From the NCBI GenBank assembly GCA_024704765.1, contig JAKMXF010000332.1:8259-72258 (forward strand): a stretch of 64,000 nt of DNA. The letters are read 5' to 3'. Numbering within the stretch: position 1 is the stretch's first letter; each line of letters begins with the position of its first letter. This document shows, piece by piece, positions 36,317 to 49,545 of the stretch. The notes beneath the pieces were generated by a model. It worked only from the letters and a program-made list of their open reading frames with translations. It was not told where the DNA came from and searched no databases. The position numbers and the translations under genes were made by a program. Source of the DNA: Oopsacas minuta. Taxonomy: Eukaryota; Animalia; Porifera.

Positions 36317-38200
36317 TAAATAATAAATATTTTCTTTGCAAAATCAGTTCAAAATTAAGTATTTATAGTCCTCCGATCTGATGGCCCAGATTACAGTCGG
36401 GGATTAGGTAGACAATATTTAAATCAACCGTAAAAGAATAAATTTAGTCGACTGCAGATTGCTTAGATATTCCTTATATACTGAACTGAGCATAGTAAGG
36501 AGAGAAGTAGCATGATTCTATTTCAATTCAAGGATTCTCATCATTACTGTTCTTAGTGCGCCCTTGTATGATGTTCATTTGGTATAAGAACAAACACTAC
36601 TAATTAGCAAATATATTTATATATAAGAATGCAACGATCATATTCTCACTTGGAACTTATATACACTGAAGATGATTTCCCCATATGTGCATACTAAGAT
36701 TTGTAACATATAAACAAAAAGACTAAGGATATTCGTTTCTATATATTATTTACTATAAAGCTACATTCAGAAATAACTATCAGAAAATTGTGTAAATTAA
36801 TCACAGAAACATGTTGCGTAATGTAAAGCATCAAACATATTATGCAATAAAAATGTGTAATTGAAATTTAAATCAGTAAATTACGTAATGCTTTGTAATC
36901 GCATAGTACAGGGGTAAAGAACACTTCGGCTAACGGACATTTGGTGTTTGTCTAATGTAGGTGGACATTACGTTTAAAATCTAAATATGAAGTATAGTCA
37001 ATAAATTTGTTGCTCGTATTGTGCATACGTGCCAACTGTCAAGTTGCCAACCTTAAACATTTACGACATTAATTCACTTACAAATTTGTACAGAGAAATA
37101 TATATTATTAAATCTCAATTGTTGTCTGTCCGTTGAATACCTCGAGGCGCAATGCGACGAGCCAAAGGCTCGTATACATAATAATTAATTAAATATTATC
37201 AATGAACAATAACAACATAAATGATTTGCTTTGCTGATCATTAATGTCCTGAAGCATAGGTTCTAATTTATCCTACAAAGTACATATATTAGACATATAT
37301 GATAATTTGTAATTAATAATAGTTAATATTATTAAAGAAAAGAATATAGTATGTCATATAAGTAACTTAACACTTAAGTTGTAACTAAAGAACATGGATT
37401 AAAAGAATGGCGTAAGAAATCATTATCTCTTCTAGAATTGGCTACATGCTACGGCATACGTAAAACTGATATAAGCAAGAGGTTAATTAAACTAAAGAAT
37501 AACGACCAATGTATGATCTGATACCAGGTGCGTATAAAGGACATCTTCTTATGAATAGTATTTATTGTGCAATAATGTAGGAGCATAACTAGTGTAGTCA
37601 AAAAAGTGTTCAAATATCACTTAGTAAGATTATATTCTTACCTGAACATAGACAAAGTATGCAAGAGTATGCAGCAGGTAATCAAGTTATATTACACAAG
37701 GTGAACAAAACTCAAATATATTATCCGAAATTAATAACATGTGTGATTTATACCCTAAAATTAATTAAGATTATTATGCAAAAAGAACGGTCATACTATT
37801 ACTCCCTCATTAAAATACATACGCACTTGTATACTCAAACCTTTTATCTAGTAGCATATACAGTGGAACTCTGATAATAGGTACCCTCAGGGATTTACAA
37901 TATAACGACATAGATATGCAATGCTCACTATTCTTACTGTAGGACATCATTTTAAACTTGGATTAATGTCAAGATTGCTCGAATAGTAGAATGTTCGTCG
38001 AGCGGAACTTCCATGGAAGACCAGAGACCAAGGATACCCACATTGTGTTGTCCACAGGGGCGGTTGGAGGATTTTGCATACCCTGGGCAAAATCTAAATA
38101 TATATATTGGGCAGTGGTGGCCTTGTTGCGCAAAAATTTTTCGAGCCAAAAGTGCTCTGGTTGGACCAATTTTGGCTGCCAAATCTGGTCCCCCGATCCA

Positions 38201-39702
38201 GGGCCAGTTTGGGCTGGCTAAAACTGGTCTGGGGGACCAATTTGTATTGTCATATATCTCCACTAGTTGACACGAGGATTTGAACTCTTGCGTCCAGCAT
38301 GGTCCTTTTTTGGTACCCCTTGGCTGCTGATGGGTGTATCTTGGAGGCTTACTGGCAGAGCATATTGCATTTTTATCGAATTATAATTTGCTAATGAACT
38401 TGGTGTTACCTTACCAGTATTTGTTAACATCCTTTGGAGTTTTCATCATTTTCTTTTGATTAATTCACTCTACTTTCTAGGACAAATCTTTGCTGGACCA
38501 ATTTCGGCTAGGTAGGACCATATTTTTCGTGACAGCTTGAGGATCTGGCAGACCTGGGGGCCTCAAATCTGGGGAAAATGCCCCATTCGTCCCCTTGGGT
38601 CCACCACTGGTTGTCCAGAGTATAACCGTTGTCTCCGCGCTCTGAGGCTAGGAAATGTTTCAGGAAATGGACAGGGGCGTCACTCAGGAGATAATGGACC
38701 CATAGCCTGGTGGTGGGTCCTATTTTCAAAATTATATCCACGAAGTACCCGGTACTTCATGGAGGGTCCTTTAAAGGTACTGGCACTGCATGATGATTGC
38801 TTTTGCTTAGTTTGCTGAGAAATAAGTTGTCACGTGTTTCATGTCTTTAAAAAACGGTCGGCATGAGCATTGTAGCACAGCTGTTTCATAGAACTTGTAG
38901 ACGATCCATAATGTTATAGACTCACTCAGTACATAGCAACTATTGGTGTCAGCTCATAACTTTAATTAATTATCAGAATTATTAGTTCCTAATTTATGCA
39001 TTTCATCGAGTTAACATCACATACTTGCAGATAATGGAAATTCACAGTTTTGTTAGCATTATTCGTCCTATAACACTGGGCGAACAAATTGAGTTATACC
39101 TGTTATTCCGAATATAACTAACTCATTACGATGTTAAACACCCTGGCATAGAGGGAGCTATTCTGATAGAAAGAAAGAAGTAGAAAATGTTAAAATAATT
39201 TAGGGCAAAATTGGTCGGCAAAGATTTCAGGTTTGAAAGTAAAGTGAATTAATCAAACAAAAATTATAAAAAACTCCAAAAGATGTTAAGAAATACTCGT
39301 AAGGTAACGCCAGGTTCATTAGTTAATTCGATAACCAAGTCATATCCTCTTATCAGGAATGCTTCAAAATACACTTGTCAGCAACCAAGTCGTGCTGACA
39401 AGTGTATTTTGAAGCAACCACGCTGGACACGAATCCAAGCAAAATTTCAAATCCTCGTGTCCAAAAGTAAAAATAAATGACAGACAAGACAAGGTAACAC
39501 CAGGTTCGTTAGTAAATTATAATTCTATAAAAATGCAATATGTTCTGCCAGTAAGCCTCCAAGATACACCCATCAGCAGCCAAGGGGTGCAAAAAAAGGA
39601 CCATGCTGGACGCAAGAGTTCAAATCCTCGCGTCAACTAGTGGAGATATATGACATTACAAATTGGTCCTCCAGACCAGTTTTAGGCAGCCCAAACTGGC
39701 CC
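38201..39702. repeat. Pair of ~212-bp inverted repeats (38201-38412 and 39491-39702) plus a third diverged copy at 39301-39461
   Basis: GGGCCAGTTTGGGCTG...GGTGTTACCTT is mirrored with high identity; the right arm ends ~70 bp from the stop of actin copy 2. Confidence 0.8.
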
Positions 39703-39770
39703 ATGGGGACTTTTCAATTGAACGAAACTTCTGGGTACCATAGGAGAGACAAATATATACAAATATATAA

Positions 39771-40907
39771 TTAAAATCTTCTATGTACAAGAGAGGGTCC
39801 ATACTCCTCATACTCATCATGAGATATACAAATTTTATAGAAATCAGTCATTGAAGCTAGAATAGATCCTCCAATCCAAGTACTGTATTTCCTCTCAGGA
39901 GGAGCTATAACTTTTACTTTATCACATGTTGGAGCTAATTGGGTTACTTCCTTCTCAATACGCTGTGAGTATCCATAGAACATTGTGTTACCTCCAGATA
40001 GGATAATATTCTTGAAGAGGTATTTATGTAAGTCAATGTCACACTTCATGACAGAACTATAGACTAGATCTTGTATCCCACAAGCACTCATTCCTATGAG
40101 AGAAGGACTGAAGATTGGTTCGGTACAACGGTATCTCTCATTCCCAATAGTTATTACCTGTCCATCGGGTAATTCATACTTCTTCTCGAAAGTATCATCA
40201 GGTTCACTCTCATGGATCTCTTCATCAAAGTTTATATACACGTAACCCAACTTCTCCTTAATATCACGAACTATCTCTCGTTCTGCTGACGTAGTAAATG
40301 AGTAACCACGCTTACACAGTATCTTCAGCAAGTAGTCAGTCAAGTCTCTACCAGCTGCAATATCCTGACGTAGTATTGCTTGTGTACATGCATGTTGCTT
40401 GAAGATAGGAACAACATGAGACACACTTGCTCCAGAGTCAATAACAAGTCCTGTAGTACGACCAGAAGCATAGAGTGATAGGATAGGATGGATACATTGA
40501 TGGAGAAATGGAATGCTGAATATTTCAAACATTATCTGGACCATTTTCTCTTGGTTAGCCTTAGGGTTGAGAGGTGATTCTGTCATCAGAACTCCACATT
40601 CTTCTGGTGCTACACGTAACTCATTATAGAATGTATGATGCCAGATATGCTCCATATCATCCCAGTTAGTAACTATACCGTGTTCTATGGGATATTGTAG
40701 AGCTAAGATGCCACGTTTACTCTGAGCTTCATCTCCAACATAGTAATGTTTCTGACTCATACCAACCATGACACCACTGTGACGAGGTCTCCCCACAATA
40801 GCTGGGAAAACAGCACGAGGTTCATAATCTCCTGCGAATCCTGCCTTAATTATTTCTGAACCATTATCAATCACCAAATTGTAAACATCTTCATCTGTAC
40901 TGACCAT
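39771..40907 (-). CDS. Divergent intronless actin / actin-related protein, copy 2 (378 aa)
   Basis: Highly similar inverted paralog of 23429-24565; its P1 loop reads DNGSEIIK. Confidence 0.93.
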   Translation of the reverse strand: MVSTDEDVYNLVIDNGSEIIKAGFAGDYEPRAVFPAIVGRPRHSGVMVGMSQKHYYVGDEAQSKRGILALQYPIEHGIVTNWDDMEHIWHHTFYNELRVAPEECGVLMTESPLNPKANQEKMVQIMFEIFSIPFLHQCIHPILSLYASGRTTGLVIDSGASVSHVVPIFKQHACTQAILRQDIAAGRDLTDYLLKILCKRGYSFTTSAEREIVRDIKEKLGYVYINFDEEIHESEPDDTFEKKYELPDGQVITIGNERYRCTEPIFSPSLIGMSACGIQDLVYSSVMKCDIDLHKYLFKNIILSGGNTMFYGYSQRIEKEVTQLAPTCDKVKVIAPPERKYSTWIGGSILASMTDFYKICISHDEYEEYGPSLVHRRF

Positions 40908-41769
40908 ACCTAGAACTTAATGTGTTCAGAATTTCAAGTTAATTAGCAAATGACCTCTTTCCTAATACTTCGGATACGGTAAGATTAGTTACCTGATATA
41001 GGTGTATCAGAGCAGGCGCCACTGGGGTGTCACCGGATTTCGTACCTCGATATCAGGTGCAAATGATGATGACCAGTGCTAACAAATTAGTGTCTTACTT
41101 CAAACATAGCCCCAAGGCAATGTACATTCTTCACAAGCATCCAAAGGCTTTGGACGAGGAGAATGATGCCATGGGGAAATGATGCCACACAACAACGTAA
41201 TCTCGGGAGAGAAAACAAGTTGGTTGTGCCAAATATGTACAGTTGAAATCGAGTTATTTCGACACCGAGTTATTTTTGCAGTCAAGTCAATTTATAAATT
41301 GTTTATTCGAAATTCCCATAGAATAATCGGATGTTTTAGTATTTAACTTCGGGGTATTTTGTCTTATCGAGTGTTTTTGTCTATCTGAGGGTATAAACAA
41401 TCGAAACTTTGTTCGACTTATTTTGTCTTATAGTATATATTAGTCATTTTTTCATTACTCGATTAGTACATGCCCAAATTAATAGCATGTAATATGCAGC
41501 TTTCGTGTTTCTTGTCAATTGGCGTATAATAGCTAGCAGAAATATTTTTGTCTAGCAGGTGACAGTATCTAGTATGATGGGTTATTTAGTAGTTTTGGCA
41601 GTGCCAATTTCTCGTAACATTTTCTAGAGTGGCCGAACCTTAAATTTTCGGTCACTAGCTACGCTCGCTCGTAATACGTATTGAATTTGAGAACGGATGG
41701 AAATGTGGGAATAATTTGTATCCAGTTTGACCCAGGGGTCTGGAATAGTGATCGACCGGGATAAGATTT

Positions 41770-43050
41770 TCTGCCGGGACGGGATTAGTACATAAACGCA
41801 CGTAATAAACCATTATATACTAGTATGAGATCTAAATGTTACAATATGAAGTTCAACTATTATTGGGAACTATATGAAGATACTAAATAGGATGAATTAC
41901 GATTAAATGAAAATTTAATATCAATCTACTACTTTAGAAAATATCAATGAAAATATCAATTAAATTCTCCTCCTCTTCATTCACTATCTTGAGTTGTTCA
42001 TTGTTATATCTGATTCCCTTCAAGTTGAATTGTAGAACGGTAGCCTCTCAATATTTTCTGGGAGCAGCCTAACACGTTCATCGCTGCTAATGTTTTTTGC
42101 AATTTTGAGCTCACGTTTACTGGCACATGATCAAATGATGCGAACAAATACTTACAAGCCAATTTTGTTAGTTGTGGCGATTGTACAGGCCTACTCTTAC
42201 AGTAGGCAAATTGATTGTCATTTCTTTCAATTCTCTTTTCATTAAAATAAGCTTTCACTTGTACCTCTTGAGCAGCATCAAACACACTGTCATCATCATT
42301 TTCAGAAGAGTTGTCCAAAATAGACTCCAGCCACTTCTCTTTGTCCTCGAATTATATTCAGCACTATGATTGACTTATTGGCTGTCTTGTGAAACTGAAA
42401 GATCAATTTTATATAATTCAGCAAATAATAAATCTTTTGCAATGATTACATTTTCCCTTTTGCCAAATTGACGAATATTGTAACGAGGGTCTAAGAGTAG
42501 AAACAAAAAGTTAAAATAGCTTTTGCATATTTCAGACATTTGAAGTGCATACATCGATATCTTATTCCTATATGTCACTGATAATACCTAAGCTCTATCA
42601 TAAATATTTCGCGAGATATCTGGTAAAACACATTTCCAGTCGGTCTTCTTAATTTCGAGCATTCTCCGGGACATACACATTCGTACATTAAGTCAGCCAT
42701 GATCCAGTATAGAAATGGTTGCCGATATGCAATATTTTCTCCATAGGCTCTCTTCAGCCAATAATAATAGGAGAAACAAGTCTGAAAATTCAAAGGATGT
42801 GCTAGATATTCGTAGGGTATCCTTGACCAACAAGCTCCACAATTTGAATTCTGCCAAGTAAAATACAACAGAACCTCGTTCTGTGATAAATATAGTACGT
42901 AATAAGTGAAATAACACTGATAACATATTTACTATAACAGTAAATATGTAGAAAGCACCATAAGGACAATATTTTGTGAAATAATTTGGGTATGCAAGAA
43001 TCAGGCTTGCCGTGGAGATATCCATGGATGAATATCGACGTTCTGATCAT
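41770..43050 (-). pseudogene. Decayed hAT transposase relic
   Basis: Fragments LLLDPRY and VKAYFNE...PQLTKLACKYLFAS resemble the hAT insertion and dimerisation domains. CGGGACGGGA subterminal-type motifs lie near 41775. Confidence 0.55.
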
Positions 43051-43115
43051 AGATAGTGCTGATATTTATTTCAAAGTTGTACTTTGAAAATATTCCATAC
43101 AGTGGAGAGCATATA

Positions 43116-44017
43116 CAGTTAAGGGACAAAAGTATTCGACCACACAAATATATTGTCATAAATTGTATACTCTTTCCCGTTCCTATATACTGTATAGTCT
43201 ATATTCGTAGCTGCAATCTAGTAATTTGCATAGAATAACATGTTTTTCAAGAATTTCAAAAAAATATTTTCGATTTACACTTTTTGAAGGTGTTAATTAT
43301 TAATAATTATTAGATAATTATTGGTAATCAAAATATGTGGTAATTCAAAACCTATTAAGAATCTATAATTTCTGACTTGATATTTGAATTCTACTTAGGC
43401 GAGTTACCCCAGATTAAAATTTCAATGGGATTGAACAATTTTTGCCAAAGTTATAGAAGGATTTAAATTTGTGCCATTTGTGCCACCTTTTGCCCAAGGG
43501 GCACAAGTGGCCGTTACCAAGAGGTTATTTTGTAATTCAAGGGTTAGCATAGTCATATAATTCGAAAATATTACTATGACTTATTCCTCCTAACCCTAGT
43601 TGATTTCCTTGTAGTGGCGCTTTTTCCAGCCACCAGTGTCACTTTTTGCAACAAGTGGCACAAATTGAAATTCTTCTATAACTTTGGTAAAAATTGTTCA
43701 ATCCCATTGGAAATTTTAATCTGGGGTAACTCGCCTATGTAGAATTCAAATATCAAGTCAGAAATTATAGATTCTTAATAGGTTTTGAATTACCACATAT
43801 TTTGATTATCAATAATTATCTAATAATTATTAATAATTAACACCTTCAAAAAGTGTAAATCGAAAATATTTTTTTGAAATTCTTGAAAAACATGTTATTC
43901 TATGCAAATTACTAGATTGCAGCTACGAATATAGACTATACAGTATATAGGAACGGGAAAGAGTATACAATTTATGACAATATATTTGTGTGGTCGAATA
44001 CTTTTGTCCCTTAACTG
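43116..44017. mobile_element. Foldback non-autonomous Tc1-like element (~365-bp inverted arms), copy 1
   Basis: TA|CAGTTAAGGGACAAAAGTATTCGACCAC...GTGGTCGAATACTTTTGTCCCTTAACTG|TA with near-perfect arms. Confidence 0.92.
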
Positions 44018-44043
44018 TATACAAAAATTAGCAACAAGTACTA

Positions 44044-44207
44044 CAGTCAACATCCGGTAGCTCGAATGCCCGTAAACTCGAACATTCGTTATCTCGAATG
44101 AAAATTCACTTCCCTTTGTTGTACTTCTAGTACTTATCGCATCCGTTTACTCGAACATACTCTCCAACAGATTTTCTGTGAGGGTTTGAGTTACCGGATG
44201 TTGACTG
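44044..44207. mobile_element. Tigger/pogo-type MITE
   Basis: TIRs CAGTCAACATCCGGTA(G/A)CTC with TA TSD and internal CTCGAA repeats. Confidence 0.85.
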
Positions 44208-45299
44208 TATTTATTTTCTATATAATCGTTGAAAACTCAAACTCACAGATAAAATCATAAAAATGCCATGTAATCCGCTCCATTCGCGCTCCTTTTCATT
44301 CTTTCAGATTTACATTAGATTGTATTTTAAGTAATCAGGATTAAATTGTACGTTCGGAAAATTGCTAAATGTGCAACATCAAACCATTTCAATAAATAGT
44401 GAATCATACAAAACTGTCCCAGCATCCACTTTTATAGCAGAATAACGATGAAATTGTAAATTGTTTGCAATTAAACAGGAGCGTGCTCCAATGTGTGCGC
44501 TCTTTAAAAAATATTATTGATGCTAATACGTGAATTTGCTATTTACCATACAAAAAGTTTGCAACCGCTCTAACCGAATAATACTGATGATATTTGGTTT
44601 GGGCCGCGCGTACGAACAAACGGACAGGCGCCACATATTGTCCACGAAGACCATGCCATAGGTTAACTCCCTATTGGAGCTGCACTAACAGTGCAATGGG
44701 GCATAATCTAGACTAAGCCAGATTATACTCGGTTATATCCTGGGGTAGTCCCGATTATACCTAGGATAATCTGGGCTAGGACAGAATAAACTATATGGCT
44801 ATGGGGGTATATTCTGGACTAGTCCCACTTCATACCTGGGGTATAATCTAGGCTAGGCCAGATTATACTCAAGATTATATTGTATGAATTGGCCCAAGAT
44901 TTGCAGGAATACATACTATACAGCATGCAAAGGGGAGGTTAGCCTTACAAATTACAATACTCTAACCAAACAGTGTAGCTCCTATAAAGAGAATCTACAA
45001 TGTTATGTATGATGTTGCATGTTGAGTGATAAGAAGTGACATATGGAATTGCACATATGTGCTAAAACTTGAATTATTATAATCAGGAAAAGTTGTGAAT
45101 AAAATGAGTAACAAATATTTAAACTGATCACTGACAGACGATGAAATCATTGTTCTCATGTTGAGAAATGATAGGTTCATTGAACATTATAAATAAGATG
45201 AGACTTGAGAGGTTAATTAATAAGAAATAGGGTGATCTATCAGCATAACAACACAAGAATGAAGTCAATAAAAAGAACATTCTCTTCAATAACCTCTCG

Positions 45300-46180
45300 T
45301 GCTTTGATAGCCACGCTTGTAGCAAATTTAGGGGGGTTCCATTTCAGTTTTAGCTTATCGTACTCCTCTCCCATCGCGAAAGAGGTCCAGGAAAAGGAAT
45401 TATAACAGAAGAGATATTTCCTTTGTTCGTCTCTATGAATTTCAGTGGGAATTTACACAGTCATTGCTCCAGTATATATCGGAGAAATAGCGCATTATAA
45501 AACTAAAGCACTTTTCACGAATAATTTTTCCATTCTTTTGAGATTAGGTACTGTAGTTGGGAATTTTCTTGGAATATTTCTATCGTTTCGCTATCTTGCT
45601 TTATTTCCAATTGCCCTAATCCTAATTCAAACAACTCTAATCTGTTTTCAGCCGTATAGTCCTATTTGGTTGGTTTCAAGAAGCTTGGAAAAACAGGGAT
45701 ATGAAGTCTGGGAATCCAATTTTAATCTCATATGCGGCAAAACTGTACAACACTATTAACTTTATGGACCCGAACATTCCTCCTGTATTACAAGCCGTTG
45801 TCATGGTGATGGCCATCAGTATTTGGGCATTCAATAATCTAAACCTGCTTTTCTCTTTTTTGGGATAGGTTGGGGATCTTTATGTGGGTGCTTTTAGCAG
45901 AATTGTTTCCAATCCGCGTAAAAACGGTCGTGTCTAGTCTAGCACAAGTTACTCTATGGATTGTTACATTATAACCACGTCCATGTGGCCATATTTGGAA
46001 CTATGGTTGGGAACGTCTGTTGCTTTCTACATATTCGCTGTAATAAATTTCTTTCCATTGGTAATTATTATTATATTTATTCCAGAAACGAAAAAGAAAC
46101 CTATCGATGAAATAGAAAGATTGTTCAAGGAGAAACAATATTTCGTGACCCCTGTACGATTTGTAAGAATAAATAGGTAA
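45300..46180 (+). pseudogene. Internally deleted MFS sugar-porter (GLUT8/Tret1-like) pseudogene
   Basis: Collinear fragments LVANLGGFHFSFSLSYSSP, VIAPVYIGEIA...LGTVVG...PYSPIWLVSR and FIPETKKKPIDEIERLF, separated by stops and missing TM segments. Confidence 0.7.
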
Positions 46181-46959
46181 TTGTTAATCAATGATAAAAC
46201 TCTCTCAATTCCAAATGATCTGAGCACACTCCTACGGGCGGGCGGAATTTCATCATCATTATCTCTTATATCATGACGTTCGTTTGTTTGATTATCCTAT
46301 GTCAAGAAATGGGTCGATGTATGCTATTAGAATTCGAATTGGTGATTCAAATATGTCTCATAAACATAAGCAAATGCTAGAAACCTAAACAAGCTATCAC
46401 CACTATATGAAAATTTTGAAATTTCTAGTGAAATACTCCATATTTATCTCAGATTCATTAACGGAGCGAAAGCATTATTGATTAAGCTCCAGCTCCGCGC
46501 TCTTGGCCTGACTAAGGAGCTGCGCGTTCATTACACAGAAAAGGAGCGCACTCCCGTTTCCGCTCCTAAAAATGGATCGCTCCTTTAAATTCTTTCAAAT
46601 TTAGATTAGACGAAGGGGACATTGGGGAAAGTGCTAAAGGTGCAAAGTCAGACAAGTTTCAACAAATCTCAGCAACTCTTTTTATAGCAATTCCGAGATG
46701 TTGTATAACTTTGTACTTGACAAAATATACCATCAATATGTTGAATCATATTTTCACACTTTTGAATTAATCTTTTATATACATTTATTTGTTATCTTAT
46801 GAATATAAAGTAAACAAATATTCGAAATCTCAAAATATAGGTAGTATAAGGGTAACAAAGTATGCTGAATTAATTTTCTCATATTAAAACCTATTGTTAT
46901 TTATCAATATAAAGTAAACAAACAATTGAAATCTCAAAATATAGGTAGAGAGTCTAGAG

Positions 46960-47400
46960 CAGTGGTTACCAACCTTTTACCCCAGTGAACCCTGATACTT
47001 ATAATTGAGGGGATTCAACCCTTGTGCGTATTGACTCTTTCCTTTCCTTTTGGTACACATTTAGCCACTAAATTTGTGGCTCAATTCCACGATGATTGGA
47101 ATATCTCTAATGTAAATAAATATTCCATATGATGAACAAATTGTTATATAATTACGACCCCCCATCAATAAATATATGACGGATCAACAAACTTATGACA
47201 TCCTATTGACAATCAACTGGTATCAACATTTCCGAATGTGGAAATTATGATGCGTATATAATTGTCACTGATGATAACTAATGCAACAGGAGAACACTTA
47301 TTTTCAAAGCTGAAACTTATTTTTAATTGAAAAGAAAACTTGTATGAAGCAAGAAAGATTTAATTACTTATCTTGATAAAATTGGTGCATTTTGGCTCGA
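46960..47400 (+). pseudogene. hAT relic: terminus plus decayed C-terminal dimerisation domain
   Basis: CAGTGGTTACCAACCTTTT terminus; FPNVEIMMRI*LSLMITNATGEHLFSKLKLI. Confidence 0.65.
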
Positions 47401-47908
47401 AAAAATGTACTACGGATAGTTAATAAATTACACAAGCCATGTTGTCCAACTAGTCCCAGTTCGAAATGACTTAATCTGTTTGGTTAAAAGGGCGATCTTT
47501 TGACAAAGAATTACCCACAAGCAGTTTTCAAATTGCTACAAAAACAAGAATTATGCATATTGCCTATAACATATATACCAAGTCAACCATTTTAGTAATG
47601 AGCCACTATACTTTATATAGTATAGTCGGCGCGGTAAAATTATGATAATATAACTCAGAACTAATTGAGTTGGGAAACACTAAAGTTCCGTACATCTATG
47701 ATATATTGCAAGTGTTCAACTAGCGAAGATGTTCGCTGATCCTTAATTTTGTCGTAAACTATGAAAACAGAATTAATAAGTATCAATTGATTAATATACA
47801 AATAATTATAATCTGCTCAAATAGCTAGAATATTTAAGAATTAGAAATAGAGTACACAAGTGATATAGCCATGTAGGACGAAAGGGTAAGAACAGTTAGT
47901 CAATCTCT

Positions 47909-49204
47909 CTAACTGTTGTAAGATGATTTGTAGATGGAGGAATGTTCCAGAGGATCTGTATATCGATGATTTGCTAGTACAGGAATAACAGGTTTAGGAG
48001 GCAGAGATGTAGACCCGATGTAAGCAGACTTAGTGGTGCTCTCAGCAAGGAAGGAATCCTGAGGTAAAGCAATGCCATGCTTATCTACAGCAGGAGGAGG
48101 TCTCTTGTTGAGAGGGAGAGGTATGAAAGTGTCCGTGTGAGTGCGAGAGGAAAAGAAGTCTCCGGTAAGAGGTCTATGTGTAGGCTTAGCACTAGCGGCT
48201 GGTAGAGACCCTCGACAACCGGTGAAGTCAATTCTCTGAGAGGTGTTACCGTCTAGTGCTCCATCTGGGGGCCGGTATGTTAAAGGAACCGGTGCAAAGT
48301 AAGCCTTAGCACTTTTAGGAGGGAAATGCAGAGAAGTTTGAGTCTGCATATCCGGCTGTAGAGAAGAAAATAGCTTTCCATTGATAGGCTCGTAGCGAGG
48401 AGCTCTTGACACGCTTCTGTGTCCTCTAAAGAAAGTGTTGTAAGAGGTATCTTCCTCAAAACACAGCTGCTCCTTCTTGTATCCAGGAGGAACGATAGGA
48501 GGGGTGGGAGCTGGGGTGTGTGGGATGAAGAACTGTCTGTGAACGGTTGCATCAATCAGAGGTCCAGAACCAAGACTGACTGGATCTGGCTGCATGGCTG
48601 TCCCCCGAACTGGTTGCGCAATATGAGGAGGATAGTCATGTTGGGAACTGGACACGCCCTCGAATTCTCCTCCTATTCTAGTTGAACCCTCTCGTCCGCG
48701 TACTATGGCGCGAGTAGAAGCCTGAGATAAATCGTAAGCATGGTAGTCACGACTGGTGGTTTGGTCATAGAACTCACAAGTTGGGAATATGAGAGAGGGG
48801 GGTAGATGGATGGGGACGGTATGGGAGCAGGAGGTAGGACCAAACTTGGTGTCTTTCTCAGAACGATACACCTCATCAAGGTTGGTAACATTTGTAAATG
48901 TTTTAGAAGGGTCGAGATGACTCATAGCAGAGTCACGTGTGTTTACAACTTGAACCTGATCCAGTTGGTGCGGGTGAGGCTGGAAATCTCGGTGGGGATA
49001 TGCATCTACACGTAACTTCGGATCTAGATCAGTGCGTCGTAGATTTCGGACCATGGATGAATGCTGAGGAGTGTTCCTCTGACGAGTGGGATGGGCTAAG
49101 AAAGAAGAAGAGAACTCAGACGAATCTTTCTCCCATCTAGCCCAGTGGAGACTCTCATGGTTAGGTTTGAAAGGAGAAAGTGTAGTAGCAACACGAGCAG
49201 ACAT
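47909..49204 (-). CDS. SAXO/FAM154 (STOP/MAP6-like repeat) microtubule inner protein, 431 aa
   Basis: Spaced T/S-x-x-x-x-D/F/Y repeats in Pro-rich linkers: QTTSRDYHAY, GVSSSQHDYPPH, EDTSYNTFF, GNTSQRIDF, ESTTKSAY, SSIYKSSY. Confidence 0.75.
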   Translation of the reverse strand: MSARVATTLSPFKPNHESLHWARWEKDSSEFSSSFLAHPTRQRNTPQHSSMVRNLRRTDLDPKLRVDAYPHRDFQPHPHQLDQVQVVNTRDSAMSHLDPSKTFTNVTNLDEVYRSEKDTKFGPTSCSHTVPIHLPPSLIFPTCEFYDQTTSRDYHAYDLSQASTRAIVRGREGSTRIGGEFEGVSSSQHDYPPHIAQPVRGTAMQPDPVSLGSGPLIDATVHRQFFIPHTPAPTPPIVPPGYKKEQLCFEEDTSYNTFFRGHRSVSRAPRYEPINGKLFSSLQPDMQTQTSLHFPPKSAKAYFAPVPLTYRPPDGALDGNTSQRIDFTGCRGSLPAASAKPTHRPLTGDFFSSRTHTDTFIPLPLNKRPPPAVDKHGIALPQDSFLAESTTKSAYIGSTSLPPKPVIPVLANHRYTDPLEHSSIYKSSYNS

Positions 49205-49545
49205 ATGTTATGCTTAGAGGTTAGAATAGTTTAATACAATAAGTTGGTGAGGGAAGTGTCGTTATTTTCGTTGGGTAACTATTAGGTATATCGAGGTATT
49301 TAAAAGTGAGTAACGCATGCGCTACATTTGAGTAGCACATGCGTTGCATTAGGATTATTGGTAAGTCATATTTATAGATACGCGTTATCATTTCAACCAT
49401 AGTTACCCGAACTGCTGAATTGAATGTGATTAGATAAGTTTCGAAACTACATTACGGCAAGTGGTCATTGGAATGCTGGTGCATTTATAATGATAGAAGT
49501 AGATATATAAATTTATAACATTCGTTAGATAATTTCATTTTGGAA

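Noticed and set aside
37952-38818. Cluster of overlapping GC-rich short ORFs
   Set aside because: Derived from GGACCAATTTTGG-type repeat sequence; no coherent protein.
38260-39660. tRNA B-box-like AGTTCAAATCC in the inverted-repeat family (tRNA gene or SINE)
   Set aside because: No cloverleaf, no convincing A box and no poly-A tail.
49260-49410. RFX X-box upstream of the SAXO gene
   Set aside because: Only half-site-like GGTAAC matches; no full palindromic X-box.
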